A stretch of DNA of 48,261 nt, taken from Candidatus Woesebacteria bacterium (GTDB lineage: Bacteria; Patescibacteriota; Microgenomatia; UBA1400; UBA12028). The notes below the pieces were generated by a model. The model was not told the origin of the DNA. It made no database searches and saw only the letters and a program-made list of their open reading frames with translations. How positions within the stretch are numbered: position 1 is the first letter of the stretch; each line of letters begins with the position of its first letter. The translations under genes were made by a program, and so were the position numbers. The stretch spans positions 1-48,261 of the forward strand of contig JBDTWD010000007.1 of NCBI GenBank assembly GCA_040006915.1, read 5' to 3'. Below are positions 8,501 through 17,786 of this stretch, one piece after another.

Positions 8501-10406
8501 CCTTATGGCAAAAGATACCTTAAAATCCGAAGATGCAAAAAAGAACGCAGTTCCAGCTGGCAAGAAGCCACGAATTGTAAAGCTACAAATGGGATTCCAT
8601 TTTGATCCAAAGAAATCATTGCTATGGATCTTGCTTTTCTTGCTCTTTGTTCCATTCCTGTTCTCATTGGTTCGGGGAACTGGATCGAACAAAGTTTCTC
8701 TCTCTGATCTTTTACGAGACATCAAAGACAAGAAGGTAGAGAAGGTCGAAATTGATGGTGCTACTCTCACTGCAAAATATACCGACGGTGATATTAAAAT
8801 CTCTCGTAAAGAAGAAGGACAAGACTTAACCAGCATTTTGCGTCAAGCCGATATTGATATCACCTCTTTAGGAGTGATGGTCAAAGACCAAATGCCTGGA
8901 CACTTGATCGTTGATATTTTAATCAATGTTCTCCCTTTGCTTTTAATGGTCGTATTTTTCTTGTTCCTGTTTCGCCAAGCGAGAGGGGCGCAAGGAGATA
9001 TCATGGGTTTTGGCAAATCTAAAGCCAAGTTGTTTGCCAAAGGCAAGCAAGATACCAAGTTTGCAGATGTTGGTGGCTTGAAAGAGGCTAAGCAGGAATT
9101 AGAAGAAATTGTTGATTTCTTGAAGAATCCGAAAAAATATGCGCAAGTTGGAGCTAGAACCCCAAAGGGTGCTTTGCTTGTTGGGCCTGCTGGTACTGGC
9201 AAAACCCTATTGGCTCGTGCTGTTGCAGGAGAAGCCAATGCTCCATTCTTCTCCATGGCTGGATCTGAATTCATGGAAATGTTGGTTGGTGTTGGAGCTT
9301 CACGGGTCAGAGATTTGTTTGATACTGCCAAAAAGTCAGCTCCTTCAATTATCTTCATCGATGAAATTGATGCCATTGGTCGGATGCGTGGACATGGCAG
9401 TATGGGGGGACATGATGAACGCGAACAGACATTAAACCAAATCTTGGTTGAGATGGATGGATTCCAACCCAATGATGCAGTAGTGGTGTTGGCGGCAACC
9501 AACCGTGCCGATCTCTTAGATCCTGCACTAGTTCGTCCTGGTCGATTTGACCGACGCGTGACTTTGGACCTTCCAGATTTGGAAGAGCGAAAATACATTT
9601 TATCAATTCATGCCAAAAACAAACCGTTTGCAACTGATGTAAATTGGGACCGAGTAGCCAAACGCACTGTCGGATTCTCGGGCGCAGACCTAGAGAACAT
9701 GCTGAACGAAGCCGCCATTCTCATCGCTCGGGCCAGTCGTGACAAGATTACCTCACAAGATGTTGAAGAAGCAGCTCTTAAAGTGAAACTTGGACCTGAA
9801 CGAAAACGTATGCAATCAGAGCTGGAACGCAAGATGACGGCATATCACGAAGGTGGACACGCAATAGTTGCCCACTTCTTGCCACATACAGATCCAGTGC
9901 ACCGAATCTCGATTGTCTCTCGTGGCCGAGCCCTTGGCTTTACCATGACCCCACCAGAACAAGATAAATACCAACAAACCAAAGAAGAGTTGGAAGAGCA
10001 GATCAGTGTGATGCTTGGCGGCAGAGCAGCAGAAAAACTGGTGTTCGGTCAGTTAACTGGAGGAGTGAGTTCGGATTTGGAACGTGTTACTCGGATTGCT
10101 CGAGCTATGGTAATGGATTATGGAATGTCCGAATTACCACCAATTAACTACAATCCACTGTATGATTATTCCGATTACGGCAGGGCCACGATGGAGCCAT
10201 ATACGATCTCAGAAGACATGAAGAAGAAAGTCGATAGCGCAGTCGAAAAAATTGTAGACGCTGGCTGGAAGCAATCTGAGATTCTGTTGAAGAAATATCG
10301 CAAGGAACTAGATGCTGTGGCTGAAAGACTGTTGGATGTCGAATCTATGGATCAAGATGACTTTGAGAAAGTAGTAGGGGCTGCAAAAGTAAAACCACAA
10401 GCGTAA
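8466..10406 (+). CDS. ftsH: ATP-dependent zinc metalloprotease FtsH
   Basis: Walker A GPAGTGKT, Walker B IIFIDEIDA, the SRH region and the zinc motif HEGGHAI, with two N-terminal TM helices. The start is uncertain: 8466 overlaps the upstream gene, and ATG 8505 is the alternative. Confidence 0.95.
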   Translation: MTVYKQERLFDNLMAKDTLKSEDAKKNAVPAGKKPRIVKLQMGFHFDPKKSLLWILLFLLFVPFLFSLVRGTGSNKVSLSDLLRDIKDKKVEKVEIDGATLTAKYTDGDIKISRKEEGQDLTSILRQADIDITSLGVMVKDQMPGHLIVDILINVLPLLLMVVFFLFLFRQARGAQGDIMGFGKSKAKLFAKGKQDTKFADVGGLKEAKQELEEIVDFLKNPKKYAQVGARTPKGALLVGPAGTGKTLLARAVAGEANAPFFSMAGSEFMEMLVGVGASRVRDLFDTAKKSAPSIIFIDEIDAIGRMRGHGSMGGHDEREQTLNQILVEMDGFQPNDAVVVLAATNRADLLDPALVRPGRFDRRVTLDLPDLEERKYILSIHAKNKPFATDVNWDRVAKRTVGFSGADLENMLNEAAILIARASRDKITSQDVEEAALKVKLGPERKRMQSELERKMTAYHEGGHAIVAHFLPHTDPVHRISIVSRGRALGFTMTPPEQDKYQQTKEELEEQISVMLGGRAAEKLVFGQLTGGVSSDLERVTRIARAMVMDYGMSELPPINYNPLYDYSDYGRATMEPYTISEDMKKKVDSAVEKIVDAGWKQSEILLKKYRKELDAVAERLLDVESMDQDDFEKVVGAAKVKPQA

Positions 10407-11353
10407 TGCCTATGTCGACCTTCATGCTCATTGATGGTCATGCCCTTGCATATCGGGCATACCATGCGTTCCCACCACTCACTAGTCCAAAAGGGGAACT
10501 AGTTAATGCTGTGTACGGATTTTCTCGCATTCTTCTCACTGTCCTTCGAGATCTAGAACCGGAATACCTTGCCTGTTGCTTTGATCTCCCGGCTCCAACC
10601 TTTCGTCACACGCAATACACTGGCTACAAAGCTCAACGAGAAGAGATGCCTCAAGACTTACAAACCCAGATTGAACGAATCAAGGGCGTCGTGTTGGCGA
10701 TGGATATACCCACGTTTGCGGTAGAAGGGTATGAGGCTGATGATGTGATTGGGACACTGGCAGCAAAAGCGAGTACTGGAAAAATGGATCATGTCGACAA
10801 AGTATTGATCGTCACTGGAGACCGGGACGCCTTTCAATTGGTCAATAACACGGTTCATGTATATATGCCACCTCGTAGCAAAGAAGCCTTCTATACCGAA
10901 TTTGATGCTGCAGGGGTGGAAGAGAAGATGGGCTTACGACCTGATCAAATCGTTGACTACAAGGCCCTTGCGGGTGATGCCAGTGACAATATTCCAGGAA
11001 TCAAAGGAATAGGAGACAAGACAGCCGTACGGTTACTGCAATCCTTTCAAACAACTGAGAATATTTATGAAGCGATCAAGGATCCGAGCCTACTAAGCGA
11101 AGAACAACAGAAATTATTAAAGCCCAAGTTACTTGAGAACCTTGCGAATGGGTATGAAGATATGGTGATGTCCAAGAGTCTTGCAACCATTGATTGTGAT
11201 GTTCCGCTCACGTTAACTATTAAAGACTGTATCTTAAAGAACTTTGATAAATCAAAGATTAGTACTGTGTTTGAGGAGTTGGAATTTAAAAGTCTTTTAA
11301 AATTGCTTCCTACCGATTCTTTTGAAGACTGTGTGCAACAAGCATTATTTTAA
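10406..11353 (+). CDS. stand-alone 5'-3' exonuclease (Pol I N-terminal / FEN-like domain)
   Basis: MLIDGHALAYRAYHA...EADDVIGTLA...VTGDRDAFQL...LAGDASDNIPGIKGIGDKTA. The start overlaps the ftsH stop (TAATG). Confidence 0.9.
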   Translation: MPMSTFMLIDGHALAYRAYHAFPPLTSPKGELVNAVYGFSRILLTVLRDLEPEYLACCFDLPAPTFRHTQYTGYKAQREEMPQDLQTQIERIKGVVLAMDIPTFAVEGYEADDVIGTLAAKASTGKMDHVDKVLIVTGDRDAFQLVNNTVHVYMPPRSKEAFYTEFDAAGVEEKMGLRPDQIVDYKALAGDASDNIPGIKGIGDKTAVRLLQSFQTTENIYEAIKDPSLLSEEQQKLLKPKLLENLANGYEDMVMSKSLATIDCDVPLTLTIKDCILKNFDKSKISTVFEELEFKSLLKLLPTDSFEDCVQQALF

Positions 11354-11456
11354 CTCTTTTTACCATCTGTTATCCCAATGTGGATACGGGAGCGATGGTA
11401 GTGTAGCCATTTCCTCATATAGAAAAAAAACTCAAGGTGTCGTACTCTAAAGAGAT

Positions 11457-12470
11457 ATGGATGGATCAAGCCCAGAACTTTATCAAGACCCTTCAACGGG
11501 AGCAGCACAAGCAAAATTCCCTACAGACAAAATTTTATCTGGACTGACGAACCTTTCGGAAGAAAAAGTGGTCCAATACCAAGCCGAAATAGCTGAACAC
11601 GATAAACCAATTCCATTTGATCAGAGTGCAGAGAAAGAAGCTCTTACAAAAGAGGAACGAGATACTCTAATTAAAAAAACTCTTGAAGAAGAGGGAGAAA
11701 CGGCCGCTATTTCTGTAGGTGTCTCAGCTCTTACTGAACGGATGAAGATGGTTACAGGGACTTCAGATGTAGATGCTAATAAACTGATGAAAATCGATGC
11801 CCAGGAGTGGATATCGAAACTTTTTGAAGAGAAAGTAAAAAATGAGCTTCGATTACAAAATGTGATTCCCAGTACTGATGAAGAAATGAAGGAAGATGAT
11901 TGGGAGAAAATCAAGGCTTTGTCTCAACTACGAGCAAAAGAATATAAAGACAAATCACTGCGAGAAATAACTGGTGAAGTAGTCGAAGATATTTATAACA
12001 ATGTAGATTTTGAGACCTTTTTATGGGCAGTGCTAGGGAAAGATGTAGGCGAAGGGAGGTATGGAAAACGATCTGAGAACACTGTATCCGATAAAATGAG
12101 TAGTAATCCGACCGAGTTTGTGCTTGAAAGTTTCCAAAAAAATCAGCGATTTCAGCCAGACTATCTTGCTCGGGCTTTCGCTGTCTGTCAGGATCAAACA
12201 GTGATTGAGGATGTCGAGAAATTGCGTCAAAATCCACACGATGAGGAAGCGAGGAAAAAGATTATTGAGCATTTAAAAGAGGTTATAGGCAAGGATCCAA
12301 AGCAATCGAAAAAATTTGTTTGGGGTTTGTATGTTGCCCTGGGACACCCAGCACAAGGAGCCAAAATCTCCTCTGAAGAAGCCGTGGCTGTTGTGAAGGC
12401 ACTGGCAGAGAGTAAACTCTCGGCCAGTTCTATAGGAAATAATATACCAGAGGCAAAAGTAGCTGCATAA
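11457..12470 (+). CDS. hypothetical acidic, helical cytoplasmic protein
   Basis: Long ORF with coding-like composition and no motif I recognise. Confidence 0.6.
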   Translation: MDGSSPELYQDPSTGAAQAKFPTDKILSGLTNLSEEKVVQYQAEIAEHDKPIPFDQSAEKEALTKEERDTLIKKTLEEEGETAAISVGVSALTERMKMVTGTSDVDANKLMKIDAQEWISKLFEEKVKNELRLQNVIPSTDEEMKEDDWEKIKALSQLRAKEYKDKSLREITGEVVEDIYNNVDFETFLWAVLGKDVGEGRYGKRSENTVSDKMSSNPTEFVLESFQKNQRFQPDYLARAFAVCQDQTVIEDVEKLRQNPHDEEARKKIIEHLKEVIGKDPKQSKKFVWGLYVALGHPAQGAKISSEEAVAVVKALAESKLSASSIGNNIPEAKVAA

Positions 12471-12482
12471 AAGCCTGTAAAA

Positions 12483-15400
12483 GTGTATAATTCACCTCAT
12501 ATGCCAGATGGTAGACTCTTTTCAGAACGATACGAGAATAATCCAGATCATCCTCTGAATACTGAACAATTCAACATGTCTTTACGCAGAGGTGAAGTTT
12601 CTGTCTCCTTCTCTGAGGCGATTGATCGATATAAGGCTCTCGCACGTACGGGGATTCCATTCAACGAGAAACAGCGCAGCGAACTTTCAGACCTGGCTCA
12701 GGAGGTTCAAGCATCTATCTCAGCTCTGGAAAAAGACACCGCTATCTCTTCAGAGGAAAAAGACATTCAAAAAATGGGACTTTTGCGTGCGCAGCTAGAG
12801 ATACGAAACATTCTCGTTCCTTCGGAAAATAAAAAAGAAAGTGGTCCAGTAAAAAGTGAAAGTTCGGTTCAACAATGGGAGAATAACCCAGAGAGTCTTC
12901 CTGAAACTATTCGAGAGCTTCGAACCTTTATTATCGAAACCAGAGCCGCAATCAAAGACAATCCAGCCAGTCTGATACAAGAAGCTCCTCAAAGAGAAGC
13001 GAAACTTGCCGATTTGAAGAGGCTTGCAACCCAACGAGTTGAAGGCCATGAGTCTATCAACGTTGATCAACTGCTAAAAGAGCAAGAATACTTACGCACG
13101 TTTTTGAGGGATGCTGACAAGATTCCTAATGAAATATTTGGTGAATGGGAAAAACAGGCTAAAAATGTATATCCGGCACTAGCAGAAATTCAAAAGTTCT
13201 TATCAATTGATGTAAATACTTTGGATCTTGCGAATACAAATATTAATTTAGCAGAAGCAACAAGAATAGCAGCAGAATTTGATGCTGAGAAATCACGCTA
13301 TGGAATATATTCTGGCGAATCATCGTATGCGAAATATATTAAGGATAGCGTTGATTCATTTCGAAAGAAAAGACAAGAGTTGGAACTTCGAAAGAAGAAA
13401 TTGGCTTTGGAAAGTGCTACCTGGTACAAGAATGCACAAACTTTGGAGGGAGCAGATGCACTTCCTTCTACATCTTCTGAAACTCAGCTTCAAACAGAAA
13501 TTAGAAACCTAGATTTGGTTTTAGCTGATCTGAATACTTTTGTAAAAGCACTGACTCCAGAGGAGCAGGACGCTTTTAAAAGAACTAAAGAAATAGGAGA
13601 GAAATTAAAAAATCGGAAAGTACAGTATGAGGAATTTATTAATAAAAGAGGATCCGACTCTGAAGCTCAACGAAGAGATGAGCAGGATCAAGTCAGAAGT
13701 TTGAATAAAATTTTAAGTTTGTTTGATCCTCCAATCGAACCTTTTGATTTTTCCAAGGATTTTGTAGCTGAAAAAGAACGTCTCGAGAATTCTATTCGTA
13801 ACTGGATATATGCTGCGTTGATAGGAAGAATGAAAGATACTTCTGAAGGTGTCAGTCCTACGAAAGCATCGGCATTCTGGACCGATATTTCGACTCCTTC
13901 GGGTGGAGATGCAAAGATCTCAGCGAATTTGGAAGATTTTGTAAATTCATTACCAGCAACTCTTGTGGTGAAGGGGGAGCGAAAGAATTTTTTGAATGCA
14001 CTTCAAGGAGAAATTGTTCCTTTAGTGAAAAATGCAACGTCAATGCATGATCGAGCTACTTATTTTTATTCGTACGCCAAGCCAGATGAGTGGTTGGCTC
14101 AACTTGAAAAAGCGAATAGTTCCGTGCCATTCGGAAAAACAGAACTGAAACGACTTATTAAAGAAGGTACGATCGAAAAAAACAGCGCGTTTGCGGCATT
14201 TAGATTAGCTAAGCAGCTCTTCATTCAACTCGCAGAGGATCCTAATCTATCAAAAAAGTTTAACATGTATCCTTTTGGTCAGGTACAAGAGACAAGTGAG
14301 GTTAGTTTAGGTGCTTTTGTGACACAGGATAGAAACCAAGATTGGATAATGAAGCAACTGACAGGGAAAGGTTTTAGCAAGGAAGCAGCTGAACTGGGGT
14401 ATCGATTGGCCGTTACTGATAATCGTAATACTGGTCTTGAGGAATTTTTAGATTACACTTCAACAGTGGATAGCAAAGGAAAGATAATTACCAAGACTAA
14501 AGCAATCCGCTCGATGTCTCGTTTTTATCGTTGGAGATCATGGGCAAAATATTCGGTTGAAGCAAAAGGCTCGGGTCGCGCACCTATTTCTTCAACAATG
14601 GCCGATAAGCGTCCAGCCTTGACCGTTCCAGCAGAAAAGCTTTGGCTTGTATTAGTGAAAGATACATCAGGAAAAGAAACTCCGATGAGTTTATACGACG
14701 TATATAAAAATGGACTGTGGGAACAAGTATCGGCTGAAGACAAAGCCTTTCTTGCTGATAATCCTGTGAAGATGCAAACGGAACACGCTCGTTTCATGGG
14801 AATGGAATATTTCAACATTGCGGCTGATATGACAGAGAAGGCTAATCATCTCCTTCCAGACTTAGAACACTTGGCAAAATATGAGCCAACAGCTGAAGGC
14901 AGCTTCCGTAGAGATGTTGCTCGGTTGTTCCTACTGTTTCAAAAAGACAGAACGTTGAGTGATGAAAACAGAACGAAACTATTAAGTGTTCTTGAACCAG
15001 GTGGGAGATTCATTACAGTTCAGGTAGACGATCTTGTCGACTTTAACTTTCGAAACGCTCTCAAGAATGCTGGTGATTATGCTTGGGATAATACTCCGGT
15101 AACAAAGGAGATATTTGAAGAGCTCTTCTCACTACCTAGTGACACTGATCCAAAAGGATATGTTCCACATCGGAAAATTATGGAGGCAGTTTCTGAAGGT
15201 AGTAAAGGGAAGCCTGAGTTTGCCATGTGGTCTGTGATCACTATTTTATTAATGTCAGAACTTGAACGCTATTCGATTCCGGAACATGATCAAGGACACA
15301 AAGATCTTCTCACTCCTGTCCCAACGAAAAGTGGTAGACCAGCTTTGCATTGGGGACAGCGTGAAGCATTGATAACTTGGTTACTTGAAATTCAATCAGG

Positions 15401-15617
15401 TCTTCCTGAAGAATATAAAGCTCACTATATGAGCGAGGATAATATTCGAACGATGTTCAAGAAATTAGGAATAGACGAAACAGATGCCAGCAAAAGTGTA
15501 GACATTCAGTGGTTGCTCAATTCCGAGGCTCGATCAAGTATGCAAGTAATTCCTTCGTTGTTCCCATGGCTAGACAAGTTTGTCGATTGGATTCCACTGG
15601 GAACCGATGTGAAGTAA
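12483..15617 (+). CDS. hypothetical large (about 1040 aa) cytoplasmic protein
   Basis: Uninterrupted 3.1-kb ORF with no TM helix, signal peptide or nucleotide-binding motif. The track start is GTG 12483. ATG 12501 is the alternative, with TATAAT at 12486-12491. Confidence 0.7.
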   Translation: MYNSPHMPDGRLFSERYENNPDHPLNTEQFNMSLRRGEVSVSFSEAIDRYKALARTGIPFNEKQRSELSDLAQEVQASISALEKDTAISSEEKDIQKMGLLRAQLEIRNILVPSENKKESGPVKSESSVQQWENNPESLPETIRELRTFIIETRAAIKDNPASLIQEAPQREAKLADLKRLATQRVEGHESINVDQLLKEQEYLRTFLRDADKIPNEIFGEWEKQAKNVYPALAEIQKFLSIDVNTLDLANTNINLAEATRIAAEFDAEKSRYGIYSGESSYAKYIKDSVDSFRKKRQELELRKKKLALESATWYKNAQTLEGADALPSTSSETQLQTEIRNLDLVLADLNTFVKALTPEEQDAFKRTKEIGEKLKNRKVQYEEFINKRGSDSEAQRRDEQDQVRSLNKILSLFDPPIEPFDFSKDFVAEKERLENSIRNWIYAALIGRMKDTSEGVSPTKASAFWTDISTPSGGDAKISANLEDFVNSLPATLVVKGERKNFLNALQGEIVPLVKNATSMHDRATYFYSYAKPDEWLAQLEKANSSVPFGKTELKRLIKEGTIEKNSAFAAFRLAKQLFIQLAEDPNLSKKFNMYPFGQVQETSEVSLGAFVTQDRNQDWIMKQLTGKGFSKEAAELGYRLAVTDNRNTGLEEFLDYTSTVDSKGKIITKTKAIRSMSRFYRWRSWAKYSVEAKGSGRAPISSTMADKRPALTVPAEKLWLVLVKDTSGKETPMSLYDVYKNGLWEQVSAEDKAFLADNPVKMQTEHARFMGMEYFNIAADMTEKANHLLPDLEHLAKYEPTAEGSFRRDVARLFLLFQKDRTLSDENRTKLLSVLEPGGRFITVQVDDLVDFNFRNALKNAGDYAWDNTPVTKEIFEELFSLPSDTDPKGYVPHRKIMEAVSEGSKGKPEFAMWSVITILLMSELERYSIPEHDQGHKDLLTPVPTKSGRPALHWGQREALITWLLEIQSGLPEEYKAHYMSEDNIRTMFKKLGIDETDASKSVDIQWLLNSEARSSMQVIPSLFPWLDKFVDWIPLGTDVK

Positions 15618-15863
15618 TTAAATGTTTTGATCGAAGTCCGAATGAGCTTCGGGGGGAAGGTTTTCAACGGCTCTGTCACGTTTTCTTAAACTTGATTCCA
15701 CCTGTTGCTGGGAAACGTTTTTACGATCTCTATGGCTAGCGAGAAGTCCAAATACTCCACCTGTTTTTGGAATATAATCCTTAGAGCTTAGTATCCCAAG
15801 TTCTTTCTCTCTTTTGCGGTACTCGTCCGTGCCAATAAGTAGTCTCTTTATTGATTCAATCAT
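15618..15863 (-). CDS. small protein paralogous to the C-terminal tail of the adjacent VirB6-like protein
   Basis: LLIGTDEYRKREKELGILSSKD...GGVFGL...RKNVSQQQVESS aligns with SLIGTDAYRKRQQELMVLAPKD...GGVIGV...RKRATNEQVDRS at the end of 15873..17741. It starts 9 nt after that gene's stop. Confidence 0.5.
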   Translation of the reverse strand: MIESIKRLLIGTDEYRKREKELGILSSKDYIPKTGGVFGLLASHRDRKNVSQQQVESSLRKRDRAVENLPPEAHSDFDQNI

Positions 15864-15872
15864 GAGAAGTTA

Positions 15873-17741
15873 TTAGAAATCAGAATCTACTCTATCTGTA
15901 TCTGGTTTTAGTGGGGCAGAGAAAGCTCTCCCTGCTTTGTCTCGACGAGCTTCAGACCTGTCTACCTGCTCATTTGTGGCCCTCTTGCGTCCACGTAATC
16001 TATCGTAGACACCGATGACACCACCATACTGGTCAATATATTGTTTCTTATCCTTTGGAGCAAGCACCATGAGTTCTTGCTGTCTCTTACGGTACGCATC
16101 AGTTCCAATAAGACTGTTTTTCCAGCCCGTATAAGCTTTTCCTACGCCTCCAACACCAGCAAGCCCTGTCAATCCCACTCCCGGTATTAATTCTCCGCCT
16201 TTGAAGCCCTTACTTGCAAATTCACCAGCAGCTTTCCCTACATCCAAGTTGAGTTTTCCTGTCGCTAGCTGTTTGGCAATTTCCACTGCTTGAGGGATCA
16301 TAGCAAGAATTCCAAATTGGAGAATAGCAAGCACAAAAGTACCTGAGGATCCGGCATGGATTCCCAATTGTGGGGCGGCAAAACCACCTTGGCCGGTTGT
16401 TCCAAAGTTGTCGTTAGGATTGTAAGTGAAATATTGAGCGCAAAACAGGAAAAAGATCACAACAGGGAAGACCAAGAGATTCTCCCATAGTCCTTTAATC
16501 CACGCACCAAAGGTGTTCTGTCCGGGGACAGCTCCGATGAGCAGTTGAATGGGAGCAAACACGACAGCAAAGATGACTCCGACGTAGGCTTTCAGGAGGG
16601 CAAAGAATATTCTAAACATGTTAACCAAGAGAGCAACTAACATGACTAAGAGGAAGATAATGCCGGCACCAAAGCCTGCTAAACCCGAGACTCCACTCCA
16701 TCCAGTAGTGGAAAGCATATCTGTAACCGCTGTACCGATCTGAGTGGCAATCGTTGATACGGCTCCACCAGAGATTAAGTTCCAAATATTGCCTAAGATG
16801 TTGTTACTAAAGGCAATGTTGGTGAGCGTTCCGTTATCCAGTTTTCCTGCTGCACTACTGACGGTGAAGATATTGATCATTAAGAAGATGATCAAATACA
16901 TCAAATCAACCATCAGACCAGCAATCGCATAGGAAAAGGTGACGAGAAGCAGAGCAATGACGATCTTGGGAAGGGCTTGTTGGATAGTCACCGCAGCTTG
17001 CCCTCCCAGTCTACTACGGAACATAATTAAGAATCCGATTACCAAGAAGATTAAGACAAAGAAAAAGTAGGCGACATTTCGAAACAATCTCCACAACCCT
17101 AAGACCGGACGAAGGGAAGAGAAGCCTAAACCTTGCGCATAGGCAGGTTGCGCCCCAAATGGATTTTGTAAGCTATCGCGTACGTACGCGACATATTCTC
17201 CGGTACTTATTGGTATAGCCGCAACAAAACCAGTCGCTTTGGTCAAAGAGCCAATCGCTCCGGACTCATAATACTTTGCTTGCACACCAGCGGGTGGTGG
17301 GCCGAAAAATGCTTGATTATTTGCGTCAGTTCCTCCACCCCCGATTACGACGGCAAGATAACCACCAGTATTACGAAGAACATTGGTATTGTGAGTTTCA
17401 GCATTCAGTGAGCCATCTTTTTCATGATCAGCTCGACCCTCAACAACTTCTTTTACTTCTAGAGGAAGACTGGTGTTATATCCTGCAACGAAAGTACGAC
17501 AATTAATATCAGTAGGGAAATTATTTCCTGTTTTACACCACGCACAGGCGCTTTGATTTGGTGAACCTGCACACCCTGCACAGAGTGCGGGAGGATTGGC
17601 GCCAGTACAAAAATTGTCGTAGGGAGCTGCCATCACTTTGGTCGTGACTGTATAGACACACAAGAACAAGATGAAGAAAATAAAGCTGCTAAAGCGAGTC
17701 AATTTCTGGAGGTGCTGAAGGGAGGACTTGAGTGACACCAT
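15873..17741 (-). CDS. VirB6/TrbL-like polytopic membrane protein with a Cys-rich extracytoplasmic N-domain
   Basis: Signal/anchor sequence, then CTGANPPALCAGCAGSPNQSACAWCKTGNNFPTDINC, then about 8 hydrophobic helices and a basic cytoplasmic tail. I prefer ATG 17741 to the track's TTG 17768. Confidence 0.65.
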   Translation of the reverse strand: MVSLKSSLQHLQKLTRFSSFIFFILFLCVYTVTTKVMAAPYDNFCTGANPPALCAGCAGSPNQSACAWCKTGNNFPTDINCRTFVAGYNTSLPLEVKEVVEGRADHEKDGSLNAETHNTNVLRNTGGYLAVVIGGGGTDANNQAFFGPPPAGVQAKYYESGAIGSLTKATGFVAAIPISTGEYVAYVRDSLQNPFGAQPAYAQGLGFSSLRPVLGLWRLFRNVAYFFFVLIFLVIGFLIMFRSRLGGQAAVTIQQALPKIVIALLLVTFSYAIAGLMVDLMYLIIFLMINIFTVSSAAGKLDNGTLTNIAFSNNILGNIWNLISGGAVSTIATQIGTAVTDMLSTTGWSGVSGLAGFGAGIIFLLVMLVALLVNMFRIFFALLKAYVGVIFAVVFAPIQLLIGAVPGQNTFGAWIKGLWENLLVFPVVIFFLFCAQYFTYNPNDNFGTTGQGGFAAPQLGIHAGSSGTFVLAILQFGILAMIPQAVEIAKQLATGKLNLDVGKAAGEFASKGFKGGELIPGVGLTGLAGVGGVGKAYTGWKNSLIGTDAYRKRQQELMVLAPKDKKQYIDQYGGVIGVYDRLRGRKRATNEQVDRSEARRDKAGRAFSAPLKPDTDRVDSDF

Positions 17742-17754
17742 GAGATATATTGTA
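17742..17754 (-). promoter_or_regulatory. -10 box TACAAT, 7 nt upstream of the VirB6-like ATG
   Basis: Minus strand reads GTGTACAAT-ATATCTC-ATG. It shares the 12-mer TACAATATATCT with the sigma-gene promoter. Confidence 0.4.
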
Positions 17755-17786
17755 CACCAAAAGCTCAAGCAAAAAACAAGTCAAAC

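Noticed and set aside
8843-9832. Minus-strand ORFs (251, 92 and 74 aa) opposite ftsH
   Set aside because: They are fully nested antisense to a gene with unambiguous AAA+ and zinc-protease motifs. Their low-complexity Ser/Arg/Pro-rich translations are typical of shadow ORFs.
11361-11399. An inverted repeat TACCATC...GATGGTA after the exonuclease gene, considered as a terminator
   Set aside because: The loop is about 25 nt and no U-tract follows on the plus strand. An A8 run follows instead. The evidence is insufficient.
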